Positions 41,811 through 51,217 of a stretch of 64,000 nt of DNA are shown here, one piece after another. Location: positions 1,018-65,017 of the forward strand of contig JAAYDB010000001.1 of NCBI GenBank assembly GCA_012729475.1, written 5' to 3'. Below the pieces are notes generated by a model, which was given only the letters and a program-made list of their open reading frames with translations, was not told where the DNA came from and searched no databases. How positions within the stretch are numbered: position 1 is the stretch's first letter; each line of letters begins with the position of its first letter. The stretch comes from Bacteroidota bacterium (lineage in GTDB: Bacteria > Bacteroidota > Bacteroidia > Bacteroidales > VadinHA17). The position numbers and the translations under genes were made by a program.

Positions 41811-42363
41811 TTTGTGTAGTATTTGTTTTTGCATTTTCAATCCTCATAGTTTTCAGCTGGTTAAGGATATAGTTCATAACATCCAGTTTTGTCTGATAGT
41901 GTTCTATCATTGCATTTATTATTCTTTCATCACCCGGATTGGCTTTAAGCTCTTTTTGCAGATTTACATATACTGAATCCATGTTATTAATTTCATCCAT
42001 CAACAGTTCTCTTTGTTCTTCTTTTGAGTTTAAATCCAGCATGCCAATCTCATTTTCCATCAGACTTACCTGGTAAATGTAGTAGTTCTCCACTTCTCTG
42101 TAATGGGGAGATACCTCGCTGAGGGCCATTTTACTTCTGTCGGGTCTGATAAAATGTTCCCATGTCCAGAGTGATGACAGGGTTATAAGAAGAGTTGCCA
42201 CCGCTGCCCTAAGCAGATATGGGACAATGCTTCTTGCTGGTTTTGAGGCATGATGAAAATGGATCTCCAGCTTTCTGTTGAATCTTTCAAAATGACCTTC
42301 AGCAGGTTCCTTATCCTCAAAGAAATCTTTGCTATTTCTTATTATATCATCTATCGTTTTCAT
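41791..42363 (-). CDS. Putative single-pass anti-sigma factor
   Basis: 190 aa with one central TM helix (IVPYLLRAAVATLLITLSSLW), 8 nt downstream of the ECF sigma gene. There is no zinc-binding HxxxCxxC motif. The call rests on position only. Confidence 0.5.
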   Translation of the reverse strand: MKTIDDIIRNSKDFFEDKEPAEGHFERFNRKLEIHFHHASKPARSIVPYLLRAAVATLLITLSSLWTWEHFIRPDRSKMALSEVSPHYREVENYYIYQVSLMENEIGMLDLNSKEEQRELLMDEINNMDSVYVNLQKELKANPGDERIINAMIEHYQTKLDVMNYILNQLKTMRIENAKTNTTQNEEINI

Positions 42364-42371
42364 CCGTTTAT

Positions 42372-42941
42372 TTAATTTTTTTTGCTTTTCAGTTCACTTA
42401 ACAGTTTTTGTCTGGCTCTTGATAATTGTGAGCGTGATGTACTGCTGGAAATATTCAATATTTCAGCTATCTCATCATGGTCATATCCTTCCAGAAGATA
42501 TAGTGAAAGAATCACTCTATAGCCGTCAGGTAACCGTTCTATGGTATCTTTTACCTCATTTATCTTAACATCGAGGTCTTCATTCCGGCCATTTTCATCA
42601 TTACTTTCATCTCTGATACCAATATGTGCTTCAATATCTTCAAAGACTGCTTTCCTTTTCCCCAGAGCGTCAAGAGATCTGTTTATTACTATTCTTTTAA
42701 GCCATGCTCCGAAACTCACGGTTCCGGAATATGTATCAATCTTTTCAAAAGCCGACAGGAATGATTCCTGCATAATATCTTCAGCTTCCATAGTATTGTT
42801 AACAATTCGCAGACTTGTGTTATACATAGCTTTATAGTATAACTTATATATCTGAAATTGAGCCTTTTGGTCGCAATGTTTACATCCATCAATAAGATCC
42901 TGATGAATGTTCATGAATGCTGCTTCCATGTTATTGGCCAT
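42372..42941 (-). CDS. ECF-type RNA polymerase sigma-70 family factor
   Basis: It has sigma region 2 (EDIMQESFLSAFEKIDTY ... FGAWLKRIVINRSLD) and region 4 (YRVILSLYLLEGYDHDEIAEILNISSSTSRSQLSRARQKL). The start is uncertain: ATG 42941, ATG 42914, or the track's GTG 42983. Confidence 0.88.
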   Translation of the reverse strand: MANNMEAAFMNIHQDLIDGCKHCDQKAQFQIYKLYYKAMYNTSLRIVNNTMEAEDIMQESFLSAFEKIDTYSGTVSFGAWLKRIVINRSLDALGKRKAVFEDIEAHIGIRDESNDENGRNEDLDVKINEVKDTIERLPDGYRVILSLYLLEGYDHDEIAEILNISSSTSRSQLSRARQKLLSELKSKKN

Positions 42942-43040
42942 CTTGGTTAAAGGGCTTGTTTTTATTTGAACTGCTGCACTCACTCTTTAGTCTTTTATCT
43001 GTTGAAAAGACGAGAGTAATTTTCTTATGCTGCACCCAAT

Positions 43041-43940
43041 TTAAGATTTTTTTGGGACATGAAAATAGAAAAAAAACAATGAAAATCCCTGAATAACCTT
43101 TCCTGTATTGTAATCCAGTTCAGAACCGAAAAGGCTGTGTGGAATAGAATAAACAAGGAGTAAAACCGCCGCAGCAATGATCGTAACAAATGGTTTTTCT
43201 GTTTTTCTGTTCATAATTACGGCTCCTATCCAGAAGAATAATGTGATAAGCAACTTATTATCAGTCATATCCCATCCGAAAGGGATACCTGTCCAGAATT
43301 CTCCGAAAGCATATTTCTGGACTATGGGGCCAAATATCAAACCTCCTGCAATAAGAAGATACAATGTCATGGTTCCATATTTCTTATATACAGGCATTTT
43401 GAAGGCCGCAAACAGGCCTGATGCAGTGGAGAATAACATCGCCAGGAACATTAGTAGGATATGTGGTGTAAGTATCCATACAGGTACTCCACCCTTGTAC
43501 CGTATTATTACAGGCGACTCTTTCATAAGGGTTTTTATACAATATTTATCAGTGAATTCAATATAGTACTGAATTTTTCCGGCAGGAGGTTGAGGGGGGA
43601 GGGCTGCAAACAGGCCTTTTTCCCGCGTAATACCGAAAATTCTGTTCATGATGAATGAATCGACAGGATACTCTTTATATCTGAAAGGAGCCTGCTGATA
43701 TTCATCATCTGTTTTAAATCTTTTGTAGTAAACCCTGGCCTTGATGGTAGAATCGTTTATGCTGAGTTTGATCTCCGATCTTTCATCAAGCCCAATGCTT
43801 CTTATGAGCCTTATTTTGTGAAGAGTATCATTCAGAGATATCTCCTCCCGTTTCGGATTGGTAGGTCCGGTCATTCGCTGATAAATTGCTGCAGTGATTG
43901 TTATCAGGACTGCCATCAGCCAAAGAATGATTCGTTTCAT
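43041..43940 (-). CDS. Hypothetical membrane protein (N-terminal anchor, extracytoplasmic domain, about 4 TM C-terminal half)
   Basis: 299 aa. I do not recognise a family. It lies 12 nt downstream of the M28-PDZ peptidase gene. Confidence 0.5.
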   Translation of the reverse strand: MKRIILWLMAVLITITAAIYQRMTGPTNPKREEISLNDTLHKIRLIRSIGLDERSEIKLSINDSTIKARVYYKRFKTDDEYQQAPFRYKEYPVDSFIMNRIFGITREKGLFAALPPQPPAGKIQYYIEFTDKYCIKTLMKESPVIIRYKGGVPVWILTPHILLMFLAMLFSTASGLFAAFKMPVYKKYGTMTLYLLIAGGLIFGPIVQKYAFGEFWTGIPFGWDMTDNKLLITLFFWIGAVIMNRKTEKPFVTIIAAAVLLLVYSIPHSLFGSELDYNTGKVIQGFSLFFFYFHVPKKS

Positions 43941-43952
43941 ACAATTAAGGCC

Positions 43953-45743
43953 TTATAGTTGTATTAATAATAATATCTTAGTGCTGTCGCGTAATACATC
44001 CACATTGATTGTTTGTCCCTTTTCCAGTTGCCCCATTCTGAACATATAATCCTGAATGTTTGTGATCCGTTTTCCGTTGATGGCAGTGATAATATCTCCT
44101 TTTTTCATGCCTCCAAGATCTGCCGGCCGTCCTGGTGTGACGAGGTCAGCTCTTAGACCATTCTTAATGTTTCCTGCAAAATCGGGCATAATACCCAGAG
44201 TTAGCCCTCTTCTTCTCATTTGTCTGCTGAGATCGCTAGAAGGTCCCGATTCAGTGAACTTCAATCTTTCAGGATCGGAGGCAAGAAACTCTGCTATTTC
44301 GAATATAAAGGATGTTACTTTTACCATACCCTCATAGTTTATTTTGTCGTGAGTGTCAGAGGGAGTATGGTAATCGAGATGAGCTCCGGTAGAGAAAAAC
44401 AATACCGGTATATCTTTTGCATAAAAAGATGAGTGATCAGAAGGTCCGTAACCTTCATCGGAAACGGTTAGTTCTAAGATACTTGAGTCATTAATTGAAT
44501 TTATGATGCCCTTCATTCGGGTGGCCGTACCGGCTCCGCTTACCTGAAGGATATTTGTCTCCTGAAGACGTCCCAACATATCAAGGTTAATCATGGCGTT
44601 TATTTCAGCCAGATCGATGAGGGGATTTTCAGTAAAATATTTTGAACCAAGGAGTCCTTTCTCTTCTCCCGAAAAGGCTATACAAACAATACTTCTTGGG
44701 TGACTGCCCGGCGTAAGAGCAAATTTTTCCGCCAGTTCAAGCATAGCCCCTATACCTGATGCATTGTCATCTGCCCCGTAATGAACAGCTATTGTATCTG
44801 GTGTCCGGCTTGATGATCCAGTACCTCCCATGCCAAGATGATCAAAATGAGCTCCAATAATAAGAAATTCATCTTTGAGAGAATCAATTTCTCCTGGTAA
44901 TATCATTACGACATTTCTGGTACCTGACATTTCCCTTATAATCTCAGATCTGGCACTGATATGAGTGCCAGTAGGAAAGCTGTGAGGTTTTTCTGTCTTG
45001 TTAATTTGTTTTTCAAGTTCTTCAATTTTTTTGCCGGATCCGGACAGAATAATATCTGCAATATATCTTTTTATTCTTATAGCAGGTATGTCAATAGATT
45101 GATATTCAGAATTTAGTGGCTCCAGTAGGTCCTGTGGGTCAAAAGTATTGCCTGATACCAATAATATTCCGGTAGCACCCATATCTTTAGCCATCAGAGC
45201 TTTATCAATGTCTGAACTGCATGATTCAAATCTGCTCTCAGATTTGTCAATATCTGGGTCAGCTCTCAGAATCATTACCCATTTGTCTTTAACATTCAAA
45301 TCCTCATAATCATTCCATTCCACGCTGTCATTATGAATATTAAAACCGTATCCGGCAAATACAACATCTGCAGAAAGAAAAGTATCAGAGCTGAAAGCCA
45401 GGGGCATAAAATCTTCATTGAGAGTATAAGACTTTTCATGAATTGAAAGAGAGTTATTATTTCCGGCATAAATGTTTCCTGTTACACTAAAGCGTTGAAA
45501 TCCTTTTCCTGTTGCAGGAACAAAACCACATGATAAGAGATCATCCCTGATATACAAGGCAGCAAGACTGTCTCCGGGTGAACCGGTAAGTCTTCCCTTA
45601 AGAGAATCGGAGGCAAGATAAGTAACATGATCAAATAGTTCATCTGCCGTTATTTCTTTCTGAGAGTTACATGATATCAGAAAAAAAATAAACATCACAC
45701 ATGAAAGTTGTATGATGTTTATTAAAAGATTTTTTTTAAGCAT
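43953..45743 (-). CDS. M28-family peptidase with PA-like insert and C-terminal PDZ domain
   Basis: It has a lipoprotein-like signal (FFLISCNS), M28 motifs (GAHFDHLGMGG ... GADDNASG; SGEEKGLLGS) and a C-terminal PDZ domain (GLTLGIMPDF ... GGMKKGDIITAINGKRI). Confidence 0.85.
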   Translation of the reverse strand: MLKKNLLINIIQLSCVMFIFFLISCNSQKEITADELFDHVTYLASDSLKGRLTGSPGDSLAALYIRDDLLSCGFVPATGKGFQRFSVTGNIYAGNNNSLSIHEKSYTLNEDFMPLAFSSDTFLSADVVFAGYGFNIHNDSVEWNDYEDLNVKDKWVMILRADPDIDKSESRFESCSSDIDKALMAKDMGATGILLVSGNTFDPQDLLEPLNSEYQSIDIPAIRIKRYIADIILSGSGKKIEELEKQINKTEKPHSFPTGTHISARSEIIREMSGTRNVVMILPGEIDSLKDEFLIIGAHFDHLGMGGTGSSSRTPDTIAVHYGADDNASGIGAMLELAEKFALTPGSHPRSIVCIAFSGEEKGLLGSKYFTENPLIDLAEINAMINLDMLGRLQETNILQVSGAGTATRMKGIINSINDSSILELTVSDEGYGPSDHSSFYAKDIPVLFFSTGAHLDYHTPSDTHDKINYEGMVKVTSFIFEIAEFLASDPERLKFTESGPSSDLSRQMRRRGLTLGIMPDFAGNIKNGLRADLVTPGRPADLGGMKKGDIITAINGKRITNIQDYMFRMGQLEKGQTINVDVLRDSTKILLLIQL

Positions 45744-45856
45744 CTTTTTTGTTATAAGGTATTACTACAGATAGAAAACCTGTACCTGAATGCTTTTACC
45801 GGGTACCTGACAAAGGTATCCGGCATCAGGGATTTTATATAGCCCTATGCCAGGGT

Positions 45857-47068
45857 TTATTCGAACAGTTTAAAAGTATCTTTAATAAGAGAAATAGCTT
45901 CTCTCAGTTCTTCTTCTGTTATTACAAGAGGAGGCGCAAACCTTATGATATGTTCATGAGTTGGTTTGGCAATTACACCATTATTCTTCATAGCCAGACA
46001 GACATCCCATGCTGTTTTTCCACCTTTGGGTCTTATGACGACAGCGTTTAATAGCCCTTTGCCTCTAACCAGTTCAATCATATCTGATTTGATGCTGTTC
46101 ATTTCATCGCGGAATATTTTCCCGAGTCTTTCAGAATTTTCTGCAAGATTTTCATTTTTTATAACTTCCAGTGCTGCAATGGCAACTTTTCCAGCAAGGG
46201 GATTGCCTCCGAAGGTTGAACCATGTTCTCCCGGAAGAATAGTAAGCATAATGTCATCGTCTGCCAGAACGGCTGAAATGGGCATCATGCCTCCTGAGAG
46301 AGCTTTTCCGAGGATGAGGATATCCGGTCTTACGCCTTCATGATCACAGGCAAGCAACTTTCCTGTACGGCCCAGTCCTGTCTGTACCTCATCAGCAATG
46401 AAAAGCACATTATGTTTTTTGCACAGGTCGTATGATTTCTTTACATATCCGTCATCAGGTACAAATACACCTGCCTCTCCCTGTATGGGTTCAACAATGA
46501 AAGCTGCTACATCGGGATCTTCCAGAGCCTTTTCAAGAGCAGACAGATCATTGTAAGGAATGTTAATGAAACCTGGAGTAAAGGGGCCGAAATCATTTGT
46601 TGCATCCGGATCTGTTGACATGGATATTATTGTAATGGTACGGCCATGGAAATTTCCGCCACAGCAGATTATTTTTGCCTGATTCTTTTTTATCCCTTTC
46701 TTCTTATATGCCCATTTTCTGCAAAGCTTGAGCGCTGTTTCATCAGCTTCAGCACCGGAATTCATTGGTAATACTTTGTCATATTTGAAGTAGTTTGTAA
46801 TATATTCCTCAAACTCTCCAAGTACAGAATTGTAAAATGCCCTTGATGTAAGTGTCAGTATTGGGGCCTGGTCAGTTAAGGCTTTTATTATTTTCGGGTG
46901 ACAATGACCCTGATTAAGTGCAGAATAGGCTGACAGGAAATCAAAATAGCGTTTCCCTTCTACATCCCATACGAATGGACCTTTGCCTTTTTCAAGTACA
47001 ACGGGAAGAGGGTGGTAATTATGAGCTCCATATTTATCTTCCCGGTCAATATAATCTTGTGAATTCAT
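45857..47068 (-). CDS. rocD: Ornithine--oxo-acid aminotransferase
   Basis: 403 aa class-III aminotransferase with OAT-like motifs ([10 protein letters not shown]; [12 protein letters not shown]). Confidence 0.88.
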   Translation of the reverse strand: MNSQDYIDREDKYGAHNYHPLPVVLEKGKGPFVWDVEGKRYFDFLSAYSALNQGHCHPKIIKALTDQAPILTLTSRAFYNSVLGEFEEYITNYFKYDKVLPMNSGAEADETALKLCRKWAYKKKGIKKNQAKIICCGGNFHGRTITIISMSTDPDATNDFGPFTPGFINIPYNDLSALEKALEDPDVAAFIVEPIQGEAGVFVPDDGYVKKSYDLCKKHNVLFIADEVQTGLGRTGKLLACDHEGVRPDILILGKALSGGMMPISAVLADDDIMLTILPGEHGSTFGGNPLAGKVAIAALEVIKNENLAENSERLGKIFRDEMNSIKSDMIELVRGKGLLNAVVIRPKGGKTAWDVCLAMKNNGVIAKPTHEHIIRFAPPLVITEEELREAISLIKDTFKLFE

Positions 47069-47120
47069 GTTATTGATATTTAATTAGTTGAGCTTTAGGC
47101 ATTTCAAGTCACAATGTTAC

Positions 47121-47164
47121 AAAAGCTTTTTGGCATTTCCAAAAGAAAATAGGGGATATGCCCC
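47121..47164 (-). terminator. Possible weak intrinsic terminator region after trmD
   Basis: The minus strand reads GGGGcatatCCCC, then UAUUUUCUUUU, then a second hairpin CUUUUGGaaaugCCAAAAAG. Both stems are short. Confidence 0.25.
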
Positions 47165-47233
47165 ACAATAGCTGTTAAGTTGCGGTTTTACAGAGTGTCG
47201 GATATTTGTAATTTTGTATGTGCAACAGGAGTA

Positions 47234-47917
47234 CTAATCTTCTTTGTGCAGATCAGGTCTCAGTTTTTTTGTACGCTCAAGAGCCTGTTCATGTCTCCAT
47301 TTTTCTATTTCGGGCATGTTGCCGGAAAGTAGAATGTCCGGTACTTTCCATCCTTTGAAATCTGCAGGCCGGGTATAGAGTGGGGGAGCAAGAATATCAT
47401 CCTGGAAGGAATCCGACAGAGCGGATTGTTCATCTCCTATGGCACCCGGAATAAGTCTGACTATTGCATCAGTAATTATAGCCGCAGGTATTTCTCCTCC
47501 TGATAAAACATAATCGCCGATGGATATTTCTTTGGTGATCAGATGATCACGTATTCTTTGATCAATGCCCTTGTAGTGGCCTGCCAGAATAATGATGTTG
47601 TTTTTAAGAGAAAGGTGATTTGCCATTTTCTGGTTAAAAGGCTCTCCATCAGGAGATGTATAGATGATTTCGTCATAACCGCGTTCTCCTGTCAGTTTTC
47701 CAATAGCATCAAATACAGGTTCAATCATCATTACCATACCTGCCCCGCCACCGAATGGATAATCATCGACCGATCTGTGCCTGTCTTTTGTAAAGTCCCG
47801 GAGATTGATGATATTAATTTCAACGAGACCTTTATTTCTGGCTCTTTTAACCACAGAGTAGTTAAGCGGACTTTCAAGAAGATCAGGCATAACAGTCAGT
47901 ATATCTATTCGCATCAT
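47234..47917 (-). CDS. trmD: tRNA (guanine37-N1)-methyltransferase TrmD
   Basis: [14 protein letters not shown] and the signature [11 protein letters not shown] fit TrmD. The track start 47950 adds a non-conserved extension. Confidence 0.93.
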   Translation of the reverse strand: MMRIDILTVMPDLLESPLNYSVVKRARNKGLVEINIINLRDFTKDRHRSVDDYPFGGGAGMVMMIEPVFDAIGKLTGERGYDEIIYTSPDGEPFNQKMANHLSLKNNIIILAGHYKGIDQRIRDHLITKEISIGDYVLSGGEIPAAIITDAIVRLIPGAIGDEQSALSDSFQDDILAPPLYTRPADFKGWKVPDILLSGNMPEIEKWRHEQALERTKKLRPDLHKED

Positions 47918-48081
47918 AAATTTTTTTGTAAAAATATAAAGATTTATCAAGTTGTAATATGCTGTATAAAAAGTAAATAATTACTATTTAAGTTTTGAGG
48001 GAAATAAGTTTTGCTTCAGTGTATTATAATTTATTTATAAAATAAATTATATCTTTCATATCTGTTTATAATTCAGATATT

Positions 48082-48324
48082 ATGGATTGCCGACCAGGTT
48101 GCGGTGCCTGTTGTATAGCTTTGTCAATCTCATCTCCAATTCCCGGGATGCCGGGAGGAAAACCGACAGGAGTCAGATGTATTCATCTGACAGATGATAA
48201 TAAATGTGCTCTTTACGGTGATCCTTCCAGACCAAAGGTTTGTATTGATTTTAAACCGGAGCCGGAGTTTTGCGGATCAGACAGGGAAGAAGCAATGAGG
48301 ATATTTGAATCACTGGAAAAATAA
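48082..48324 (+). CDS. YkgJ-family cysteine-cluster (zinc/iron-chelating) protein
   Basis: 80 aa with a CGACC cluster plus additional Cys residues (RCIHL ... KCALY ... VCIDF). Confidence 0.7.
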   Translation: MDCRPGCGACCIALSISSPIPGMPGGKPTGVRCIHLTDDNKCALYGDPSRPKVCIDFKPEPEFCGSDREEAMRIFESLEK

Positions 48325-48411
48325 AGAATTTAACTTCTTTTTAAGAATTTTATCAGGGGATTATTGTGTCTCCTTCTTTAAAAGCAATAATTTCGCAAAA
48401 AAAAAACTGTA

Positions 48412-49128
48412 ATGAATATTGCATTAATAGGTTATGGCCGGATGGGTCATGCTATAGAGGAAATAGCTCTGAAAAGAGGTCATGCAACAGGTCTTGCCAT
48501 AGACATAGATAATGCCGGGGAACTGACAGCTGATAACCTGAAGGGAATTGATGTTGCAATCGAGTTTTCTTTTCCGGATTCTGCTTTGAAGAATATCTCT
48601 GTCTGTCTTGAAGCCGGTGTTCCGGTTGTGTCTGGTACAACGGGCTGGCTTAAGGATATTGACAGAGCTATCAGTCTATGTAAGGCTAACAATACTTCTT
48701 TCATCCATTCTTCAAATTTCAGTATTGGAGTCAATCTGCTCTTTAATCTTAATAAAGAACTGGCAAAACAGATGGATCGTCATAGGAATTATAATGTTTC
48801 AATTGAAGAGATACATCATGTTAAGAAGCTTGATGCTCCCAGTGGAACTGCAATAACTCTTGCTGATGACATCAGGGATAACAATTCCGGCTATGAAGGA
48901 TGGTGCTTTGCAAATGAAAAAGAAGGAAAAAAGGTGCCTGTAAGCTCAGTACGTGAAGGAATGATTCCGGGTATTCATACTGTCGCCTGGGAGTCTGAAA
49001 ATGATATAATCAGTATCAGACATGAATCTAAAAACAGAAAAGGACTGGCCCTGGGTGCTGTAATCGCTGCTGAGTTCATACAAAACAAAAAAGGTGTTTT
49101 CACGATGAATGATGTGCTTGGGTTCTGA
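48412..49128 (+). CDS. dapB: 4-hydroxy-tetrahydrodipicolinate reductase
   Basis: It has a Rossmann motif (IALIGYGRMG) and the signature EEIHHVKKLDAPSGTA. Confidence 0.93.
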   Translation: MNIALIGYGRMGHAIEEIALKRGHATGLAIDIDNAGELTADNLKGIDVAIEFSFPDSALKNISVCLEAGVPVVSGTTGWLKDIDRAISLCKANNTSFIHSSNFSIGVNLLFNLNKELAKQMDRHRNYNVSIEEIHHVKKLDAPSGTAITLADDIRDNNSGYEGWCFANEKEGKKVPVSSVREGMIPGIHTVAWESENDIISIRHESKNRKGLALGAVIAAEFIQNKKGVFTMNDVLGF

Positions 49129-49170
49129 TAATATTTTATACTTTTACCGCTTCATAACCAATTGTCTGAC

Positions 49171-50559
49171 ATGACTAATTTTTTGCAAAGTAAATATTTC
49201 AAGTTTGCCCTGGCTGCAATACTATATATTATAGTTGTTATCTGGATAGGCAATTACTGGCTTCTTTTTGGGCTGGGTATTATCTTTGATGTTTATGTTT
49301 CGGAAAAGGTAAACTGGACCTTCTGGAAAAAGAGAAATGGCAAGAACAGCCAGTTTGTCGAATGGCTTGATGCTCTTATATTTGCCGTTGTAGCAGTGAC
49401 CCTGATCAATATTTTTCTGTTTCAGAATTATCGTATTCCCACTCCTTCAATGGAAAAATCACTTATGGTTGGAGACCATTTGTTTGTGAGTAAGCTGGCC
49501 TATGGACCCAGACTGCCGAATACTCCGATCGCATTTCCGTTTACAGCGAACACACTACCAATCATAAAAGGTAAATCATGGTCAAATCTGATTGTACTGC
49601 CGTATAAGCGTCTTGTTGGTGGCGGTCAGGTTGAACGTGGCGATCCGATAGTGTTTAATTTTCCTGCAGGTGATACTGTGGCAGTAGAGGAGCCTAATAT
49701 CAGTTATTATGAGATTATCAGGAGAATGGCAAAGCAAATGCAGGAACAGTATAATTTTGGAAATAATAGTCCAATGCCCATTGAATATTTCATTTCTTTG
49801 GCTAGGGAAGAGGTATGGAATAATTATGAAATTATTTACCGGCCAGTAGACAGGCGTGATAATTATGTTAAGAGGTGTGTTGGACTACCCGGAGACACTA
49901 TACAGATTATAAAAGGAGATCTGTATGTTAACGGGAAAATAATACAGGAAAACACTACACAGCAAACAAGCTATTATGTTACAACAGATGGGACAAGCAT
50001 TAATCCCAAGGCATTTGAGCGGCTTGGTATAAGCAGGTCCGATCAGGCAATGGTCTCCAATACAGTGTATTATCTTCCGTTAACGCGTTCTTCTGCAGCT
50101 GCTATTTCAAAATTCACCAATGTGACTGGTGTAGCTCCTGCCACATCGCGTCCGGGAGAATTTTCTTTTTCAATTTTTCCCTACGATAAAAATCTCGCGT
50201 GGAATGAAGATAATTTTGGTCCCTTATGGATTCCTTCGAAAGGAAGCACTGTTGGGCTCGATTCTTCAAATCTGAAATTATACGAGCGCATTATTGATGT
50301 ATATGAAGATAATGACCTGAAAGCAGAGGGATCAGTGATATTAATAAACGGTGAACCTGTCAGCAGTTATACTTTCAAAATGGATTATTACTTTATGATG
50401 GGGGATAACCGCCATAATTCAGCCGATTCAAGGTACTGGGGTTTTGTTCCTGAAGATCATGTGGTTGGCAAGCCGAAGTTTATCTGGCTTTCAATTGATA
50501 AAGAAGCTCAGGGGATAAAAAAAATCCGCCTGAGGCGGATGTTTATGAGAGTAAAATAA
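49171..50559 (+). CDS. lepB: Signal peptidase I (long Bacteroidota form)
   Basis: It has a catalytic Ser box (PTPSMEKSLMVGD) and GDNRHNSADSRYWGFV. ATG 49171 is preferred over the track's TTG 49162. It follows dapB. Confidence 0.9.
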   Translation: MTNFLQSKYFKFALAAILYIIVVIWIGNYWLLFGLGIIFDVYVSEKVNWTFWKKRNGKNSQFVEWLDALIFAVVAVTLINIFLFQNYRIPTPSMEKSLMVGDHLFVSKLAYGPRLPNTPIAFPFTANTLPIIKGKSWSNLIVLPYKRLVGGGQVERGDPIVFNFPAGDTVAVEEPNISYYEIIRRMAKQMQEQYNFGNNSPMPIEYFISLAREEVWNNYEIIYRPVDRRDNYVKRCVGLPGDTIQIIKGDLYVNGKIIQENTTQQTSYYVTTDGTSINPKAFERLGISRSDQAMVSNTVYYLPLTRSSAAAISKFTNVTGVAPATSRPGEFSFSIFPYDKNLAWNEDNFGPLWIPSKGSTVGLDSSNLKLYERIIDVYEDNDLKAEGSVILINGEPVSSYTFKMDYYFMMGDNRHNSADSRYWGFVPEDHVVGKPKFIWLSIDKEAQGIKKIRLRRMFMRVK

Positions 50560-50561
50560 AT

Positions 50562-50906
50562 TTACTTAACTTTTTCCACGATAGCTTTAAAAGCTTCCGG
50601 ATGGTTCATTGCCAGGTCGGCAAGTGATTTTCTGTTCAGTTGTATTCCTTTTTTATCCAGTTTTCCGATAAATTCTGAATAACTCATGTCGTATTGTCTT
50701 ACTCCGGCATTTATTCTCTGGATCCAGAGTGATCTGAATTGTCCTTTCTTCTTTTTCCTGTCACGATAGGCATAACCCAAACCTTTTTCAAGGGTGTTTT
50801 TTGCAACAGTATAAACATTTCTCCTTGAAAGGAAATTTCCTTTTGTTTGTTTAAGGATTTTTTTTCTGCGCGCTCTTGAAGCGACTGAATTTACTGATCT
50901 TGGCAT
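50562..50906 (-). CDS. rplT: 50S ribosomal protein L20
   Basis: 114 aa, [19 protein letters not shown]... Confidence 0.97.
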   Translation of the reverse strand: MPRSVNSVASRARRKKILKQTKGNFLSRRNVYTVAKNTLEKGLGYAYRDRKKKKGQFRSLWIQRINAGVRQYDMSYSEFIGKLDKKGIQLNRKSLADLAMNHPEAFKAIVEKVK

Positions 50907-51000
50907 AATTCAATTATTATGAGTGTCAGCGTTTCGCCACAGGGCGAACACTTATATAGCTGGGCACTCTGTTAATACTTATTTTTATATCAACATATAC

Positions 51001-51198
51001 CTATTTTCCAGGTAACAGAAGCTTAATGTTTTTTTCATCTGCCTTGTCTACCAGTCCGAAATAGGTAAGATTTCTCTTACGTTTCGTAGCTTTTTTGGTA
51101 AGTATATGGCTTTTATATGCATGTTTTCTTTTAATCTTTCCTGTTCCGGTGAGGGTAAATCGTTTCTTGGCTCCCGGATTTGTCTTCATTTTTGGCAT
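51001..51198 (-). CDS. rpmI: 50S ribosomal protein L35
   Basis: 65 aa, [14 protein letters not shown]... Confidence 0.96.
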   Translation of the reverse strand: MPKMKTNPGAKKRFTLTGTGKIKRKHAYKSHILTKKATKRKRNLTYFGLVDKADEKNIKLLLPGK

Positions 51199-51217
51199 CT
51201 TCTATATAATTATAATA

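Noticed and set aside
47199-47206. TAATTTTG -7-like box on the + strand near the 3' end of trmD
   Set aside because: It points antisense into trmD, with no + strand gene for about 880 nt. It shows that the 8-mer occurs by chance in AT-rich DNA, which is why all promoter calls carry low confidence.
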